A stretch of 64,000 nucleotides of DNA from a virus. Made by a program: the position numbers and the translations under genes. Positions 60,269 to 64,000 of the stretch are shown here, piece after piece (the stretch's first letter is position 1; the number at the start of each line of letters is the position of its first letter). The notes under the pieces were generated by a model, which saw nothing but the letters and a program-made list of their open reading frames with translations, was not told the DNA's origin and did not search any database. Location of the stretch: the IMG/VR virus record IMGVR_UViG_3300009151_000061, positions 8,424 to 72,423 of that record; one strand, given 5' to 3'.

Positions 60269-61006
60269 TTAATTCTGACCAGAAGTCAATTCTAAATAGT
60301 TATATAAAGCATCTTTGAAGTCAAAACACTTATGTATTTTGGCTTCTTCATTTGGACCTATATAAACTAAATAACCAACGTGTACATCTATACCTATTTC
60401 TTTAAGTATCAAAGCGTACATAGATATTTGAATAGAGTATTCAGTTAAATGACATTTATCATAATCTTGAAATGGTTCAAGTAACTTTTCACCATAACCA
60501 TTATGAGTCTCAAATTTTTTATTTGTCTTCCAGTCTAAAATAACTATTTTATCCTTGTAAAGGAATATAGAGTCAATCATACCTGCAATATTCCACTTGG
60601 TAGAAAATACCCTTTGTTCAAACTTAACCGGAGTTAGTTTAAATAAATGGGTCGCATAAATATTATTGAACTTATTTATTCTGTCTATTATATCAACATC
60701 ATTTGGTAATGGTTGATATATTTGGTTGTAGTAGTTTTCAATCCAGTTGTGTGTGGAAGTACCAATATGATTAGCCCTATCGTTAAGAACTTGCCATTGG
60801 CGAAGTATTTCAGTTTGTTCCACACCAGCTTCCTCAGCTTTCTTTTTAGACCAAAAGTCACTATCAAACTTTTCGTGGAATCTTGAGATGAATTGAGTGA
60901 CCGATATAAAGTGTTGACCCTCATAAGTGTACTTATGTTTGACAGGATCAAACTGAAACTTAGGGTCATCGTATTTATTTAAAAGGTCAAGAACAGTATC
61001 TCGCAT
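60269..61006 (-). CDS. PD-(D/E)XK exonuclease
   Basis: SVT, GTSTH, AGMID, ILDWKT, YSIQISMY. Confidence 0.85.
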   Translation of the reverse strand: MRDTVLDLLNKYDDPKFQFDPVKHKYTYEGQHFISVTQFISRFHEKFDSDFWSKKKAEEAGVEQTEILRQWQVLNDRANHIGTSTHNWIENYYNQIYQPLPNDVDIIDRINKFNNIYATHLFKLTPVKFEQRVFSTKWNIAGMIDSIFLYKDKIVILDWKTNKKFETHNGYGEKLLEPFQDYDKCHLTEYSIQISMYALILKEIGIDVHVGYLVYIGPNEEAKIHKCFDFKDALYNYLELTSGQN

Positions 61007-61042
61007 AACATATATATGCTAAATACTGTTCTTTGTTTATTT

Positions 61043-62413
61043 CTACCTTCTAGACCTTGATCTTAACCATGTTAAGAAACTATCGGAATTTAAATCTGAA
61101 CTTGCGTATTCTCTTATCATATCAGACACACTATTCCTTCCAAACGACCAACCACCTTGAAGGTCTGCTAGTCTCTCTTCATTTATATTTGTATCACGAG
61201 ACCTTTGTTCTCTTTCGGATAGAAGTCTTTTTGTCCTCTCAGCTTGCTCAGCAAGAATCCTTTCGTGTTCCTCAATCTGCTTATTAATCAGATCCATATC
61301 ATTAAGAGATTCGTCCTTATATATCCAGTCTCTTAAAAGAGGATGTCTATAAGCGTCGTCTTCAAGAATATAAACATCAAGTATATTAGAATACTTTGCT
61401 CGACCTTCGAATACATGAAACCCACGACTAGGTATTTCGACCATTTCATGTGTATAGTGAAACAGATTAGTAGTTCCATCTTCTGTTAGATGTCGGTGGT
61501 TTTCATAGTAACCTTCCGAACCAGAAATAGTGATTATATCCTCAGAACCATTTTTATAGTTAAAAATAGTATTAGTATCACGACAAAGAAACTTAAACGT
61601 ATCTAAGTAAGGATACCTATCATAGTCAGATATATTCAACTTAGCAGACAACCTCATTATTTCAAGGTCTTGGTTATTAGATACAAACTTCAAAGTGTTA
61701 TTCCACTTTTGTTCCTTCTTATAGATGAACCCATTTGCATCAGCCCACTTTTTAAAATGGAAGACATAGTCTTCATCAGCAATCGTATATATACGATCCA
61801 TCAGTTGGAATACCTTACCATTTGGGTCAGTAGTATTCATCCAAAGCAAAGCTCTACCTAATATATGGTCTGTGTTGTCAACCATAATAAGCATTTTTAT
61901 TTGTTCTGGGTTATCAACATAAAGTTGAAACCAAGGTTGACATGACTTATGTTTCATACAAGAATTACCTAATGTAGAATCTTGTGTAACATATCTCTCA
62001 TAATGATAATACTTACGAATGTCTTCACCTTCGACTATTTTGAAAGTAAAAGATGGTGATGACTGGACATTACGATAAAGAGTAGAGAACAACTCTACTT
62101 CCTTATCGGAGACATCCTTGAATATCTTCTTGATAAAAGAACCGGGTTTAGCAAATATACGTTTACTTGAATGCCATACATCCTCACCAGATTCAATCAT
62201 TTGAGATGACCGTTCTGGGGTTAGATATGATATCTTAGTCTTATCCGAAGAGGACACGGATAAGTAGTTGACGTGATTATCAATAAGTACATCCAATGAT
62301 AAACGAGACTTCAAAAGCATTCGAGCTATCTCTGAAGCTGGTTCCATTTGTAACAGAACATCATTAAGTTCCGGTGAAATATGTATATCAGAAGTTTTCC
62401 TTGTATATGGCAT
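61043..62413 (-). CDS. hypothetical phage protein (SCM...GRALLW...MDRIY type)
   Basis: Host-type promoter on the minus strand: TATATTTG at 62430-62437 with TTG 20 nt upstream. Confidence 0.7.
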   Translation of the reverse strand: MPYTRKTSDIHISPELNDVLLQMEPASEIARMLLKSRLSLDVLIDNHVNYLSVSSSDKTKISYLTPERSSQMIESGEDVWHSSKRIFAKPGSFIKKIFKDVSDKEVELFSTLYRNVQSSPSFTFKIVEGEDIRKYYHYERYVTQDSTLGNSCMKHKSCQPWFQLYVDNPEQIKMLIMVDNTDHILGRALLWMNTTDPNGKVFQLMDRIYTIADEDYVFHFKKWADANGFIYKKEQKWNNTLKFVSNNQDLEIMRLSAKLNISDYDRYPYLDTFKFLCRDTNTIFNYKNGSEDIITISGSEGYYENHRHLTEDGTTNLFHYTHEMVEIPSRGFHVFEGRAKYSNILDVYILEDDAYRHPLLRDWIYKDESLNDMDLINKQIEEHERILAEQAERTKRLLSEREQRSRDTNINEERLADLQGGWSFGRNSVSDMIREYASSDLNSDSFLTWLRSRSRR

Positions 62414-62463
62414 TCCTTGAAAGTTTTTACAAATATACGATAAATATTTTAATAAAACAACCT

Positions 62464-62793
62464 TTATAGATCTTTTTTGTAAACATAATCAAGTAACTCA
62501 AGTACCCTATTATTTGTTATCTCCTTGAATTTCGCCTTCTTAATCTGTGAGACTAGATCATTTCTAGATATAGTTTTCCTAGCAGTAGAAAGCTTCTTGA
62601 TCCAATCCAATTCTGATTTACTAAACGGTATTGGTGGTCCATCATACTTAGGTATTTTTGTAGCCACCGGTGGTGGTGGTGGATTACCTGATTTCTTTTC
62701 CTTTGGAATAGACTTCTTGTTTATACTCACTTCGGGTATTTCAAACTCCGCTGATAGGTCTTTCATACCTAGAATCCTTCTTATTAAACTCAT
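62464..62793 (-). CDS. hypothetical protein
   Basis: ORF track. Confidence 0.6.
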   Translation of the reverse strand: MSLIRRILGMKDLSAEFEIPEVSINKKSIPKEKKSGNPPPPPVATKIPKYDGPPIPFSKSELDWIKKLSTARKTISRNDLVSQIKKAKFKEITNNRVLELLDYVYKKDL

Positions 62794-62803
62794 ATTTTTA
62801 TTT

Positions 62804-63007
62804 TTATTTTATTCTAAATGTATCTTGAATTGTTGTTGTTACAATACTATCCTTACCGTCATCAGAATGATATGAAAGCACTTTAACTACACCATGTCGG
62901 TGTAGTTTAGCTTTCTCCTCATCAACCTCATTACGATGCAACCTATATAATATAGCCCCGATAGTTAAAGCTATAAAAATAACTGAAAGAAAAAATCTTA
63001 TCCTCAT
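62804..63007 (-). CDS. small protein with N-terminal membrane anchor
   Basis: Hydrophobic N-terminus. Confidence 0.55.
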   Translation of the reverse strand: MRIRFFLSVIFIALTIGAILYRLHRNEVDEEKAKLHRHGVVKVLSYHSDDGKDSIVTTTIQDTFRIK

Positions 63008-63876
63008 ATAAGTTCAAGTAGTTGGTTTAGTTTTTCGTCACGAATAAAACACTGTGTAATCTTCAAAATCTTTTCAGTTTCCTTCTTAACTACATAAGAG
63101 TCCTGACGAGAAAATATCTGAATATAACAGTTAAATACCTTAAACGCTTCAATCGAAAAATCATTATGTTGATTCAGTTCCAACTTATCCGAAGGTGTCA
63201 TTAAGACAGCAAGTTCCGACTTACTCAACCCACTAAGACGATCAGTTGCTGAGAAACGTATAGAGTTCTTAAACGCATCAAACTTCTGGTGATTTACTTT
63301 CAAATCCTTATCAACGATAATCTTCCTTATCTCCGATAACATTACACGTTCTCCAATCAAAGACTTAATAGAAGCAATCTGTTCATCAAATGTTTCAACA
63401 TCTATTGTCTGTGATATTTCTTCAGCCATTTTAGTAACACCCTTCAAATGTTTCTTAGACAAGGACATATTACGAATAGAAGAAACTAAATAAGAGTTGT
63501 TATCCTCACGGAATAAACCCATATTCATATTAAGTCTACGAGACTTATCAGTAGAGTTAAGAATAAAGAAAGCTTTATGGAATTTTGTAACACCAATCTC
63601 AACACTATCAGAAAGAAGTGTTAGTTCCTGAGTACCACGTTTCATAACAAAACGGTAGTTGGTAATATTGAAGTTAGATTCAAGTTGTGTAATCTTAGAT
63701 TTCAAGAAAGCCCGAATATCGAATATTTCATATAAACGAGATACGGTTGATGTGTTTATCACCGTATTAAAATATTTAGTAACGACTTGATCACCTACTT
63801 GAGAAATCTCAATAGCGTCAATCTTGTTAAAGAGTTCTGACTTGTTGTATTCGATAAAACCGTAACGTTTAATCAT
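63004..63876 (-). CDS. DUF932-like protein with C-terminal RDEKLNQLLELI
   Basis: FFILNSTDKSRRLNMNMGLFR resembles the DUF932 NSxD...G.FR motif. Confidence 0.5.
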   Translation of the reverse strand: MIKRYGFIEYNKSELFNKIDAIEISQVGDQVVTKYFNTVINTSTVSRLYEIFDIRAFLKSKITQLESNFNITNYRFVMKRGTQELTLLSDSVEIGVTKFHKAFFILNSTDKSRRLNMNMGLFREDNNSYLVSSIRNMSLSKKHLKGVTKMAEEISQTIDVETFDEQIASIKSLIGERVMLSEIRKIIVDKDLKVNHQKFDAFKNSIRFSATDRLSGLSKSELAVLMTPSDKLELNQHNDFSIEAFKVFNCYIQIFSRQDSYVVKKETEKILKITQCFIRDEKLNQLLELI

Positions 63877-63891
63877 AGTTGATTATTTGTA

Positions 63892-63922
63892 CAAATATAC
63901 GACATTTTTCCTGATTTACAAA
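63892..63922 (-). promoter_or_regulatory. Bacteroidota-type promoter TTTG-N19-TATATTTG
   Basis: caaatata at 63892-63899 and caaa at 63919-63922 on the plus strand. Confidence 0.65.
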
Positions 63923-63938
63923 CTGAATATATACTTAT

Positions 63939-64000
63939 ATGATTAAAACATTTATTCAGTTTAATGAAAGTAAGATAAATGAATTTGTATCATTTGATAA
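63939..64000 (+). CDS. partial ORF, MIKTFIQFNESKINE N-terminus
   Basis: Read by hand; GAATATATA 5 nt upstream; runs off the window end. Confidence 0.6.
   Translation, partial: MIKTFIQFNESKINEFVSFD

Noticed and set aside
60269-61006. Cas4 or CRISPR-associated nuclease
   Set aside because: No four-cysteine Fe-S cluster pattern and no array; reads as a generic phage PD-(D/E)XK exonuclease.
1925-62875. Short antisense or nested ORFs in the track (e.g. 1925-2167, 5690-5953, 19790-20230, 28145-28447, 57835-58140, 62525-62875)
   Set aside because: They lie inside better-supported genes and lack recognisable motifs or promoter signals.
1-64000. Stop-codon reassignment (TAG to Gln) as in Lak megaphages
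   Set aside because: Long genes are intact in the standard code, and dUTPase ends at TAG right after its canonical GFGSTG motif.
1-64000. tRNA, rRNA or tmRNA genes
   Set aside because: No cloverleaf or T-loop context seen by eye and intergenic gaps are short; tRNAscan was not run.

Overview
AT-rich, densely coded segment of a large, probably jumbo, T4-like tailed phage genome read in the standard genetic code. The host is probably a Bacteroidota member: TAnnTTTG host-type promoters, no evident Shine-Dalgarno sites, and an Hc1-like and a DUF6576-like protein point that way. Recognisable genes are a gp61-like primase, UvsW helicase, ClpP, a baseplate/tail block (gp5-like with CHAP domain, a protein with two GH19 domains, gp53-like, gp6-like), guanylate kinase, PRPP synthetase, dUTPase, DHH and HAD phosphatases, an amidoligase, nucleotidyltransferases, glycosyltransferases, a J-domain protein and several free-standing endonucleases. 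The most notable unexplained structure is two mutually exclusive peptide tags on unrelated proteins. About 22 ORFs start with an MKH[IL]KxF(N)E-like N-terminal motif resembling the T4 capsid-targeting signal. About 17 others carry an RDxK[IL]Dx[IL]L motif, mostly at the C-terminus. The two classes track three promoter motifs (TAnnTTTG, AAAC-N18-TATAA, TAATATATA), many placed 4-6 nt from the ATG, which suggests leaderless mRNAs. All family calls are by-eye motif recognition; no database searches were run.
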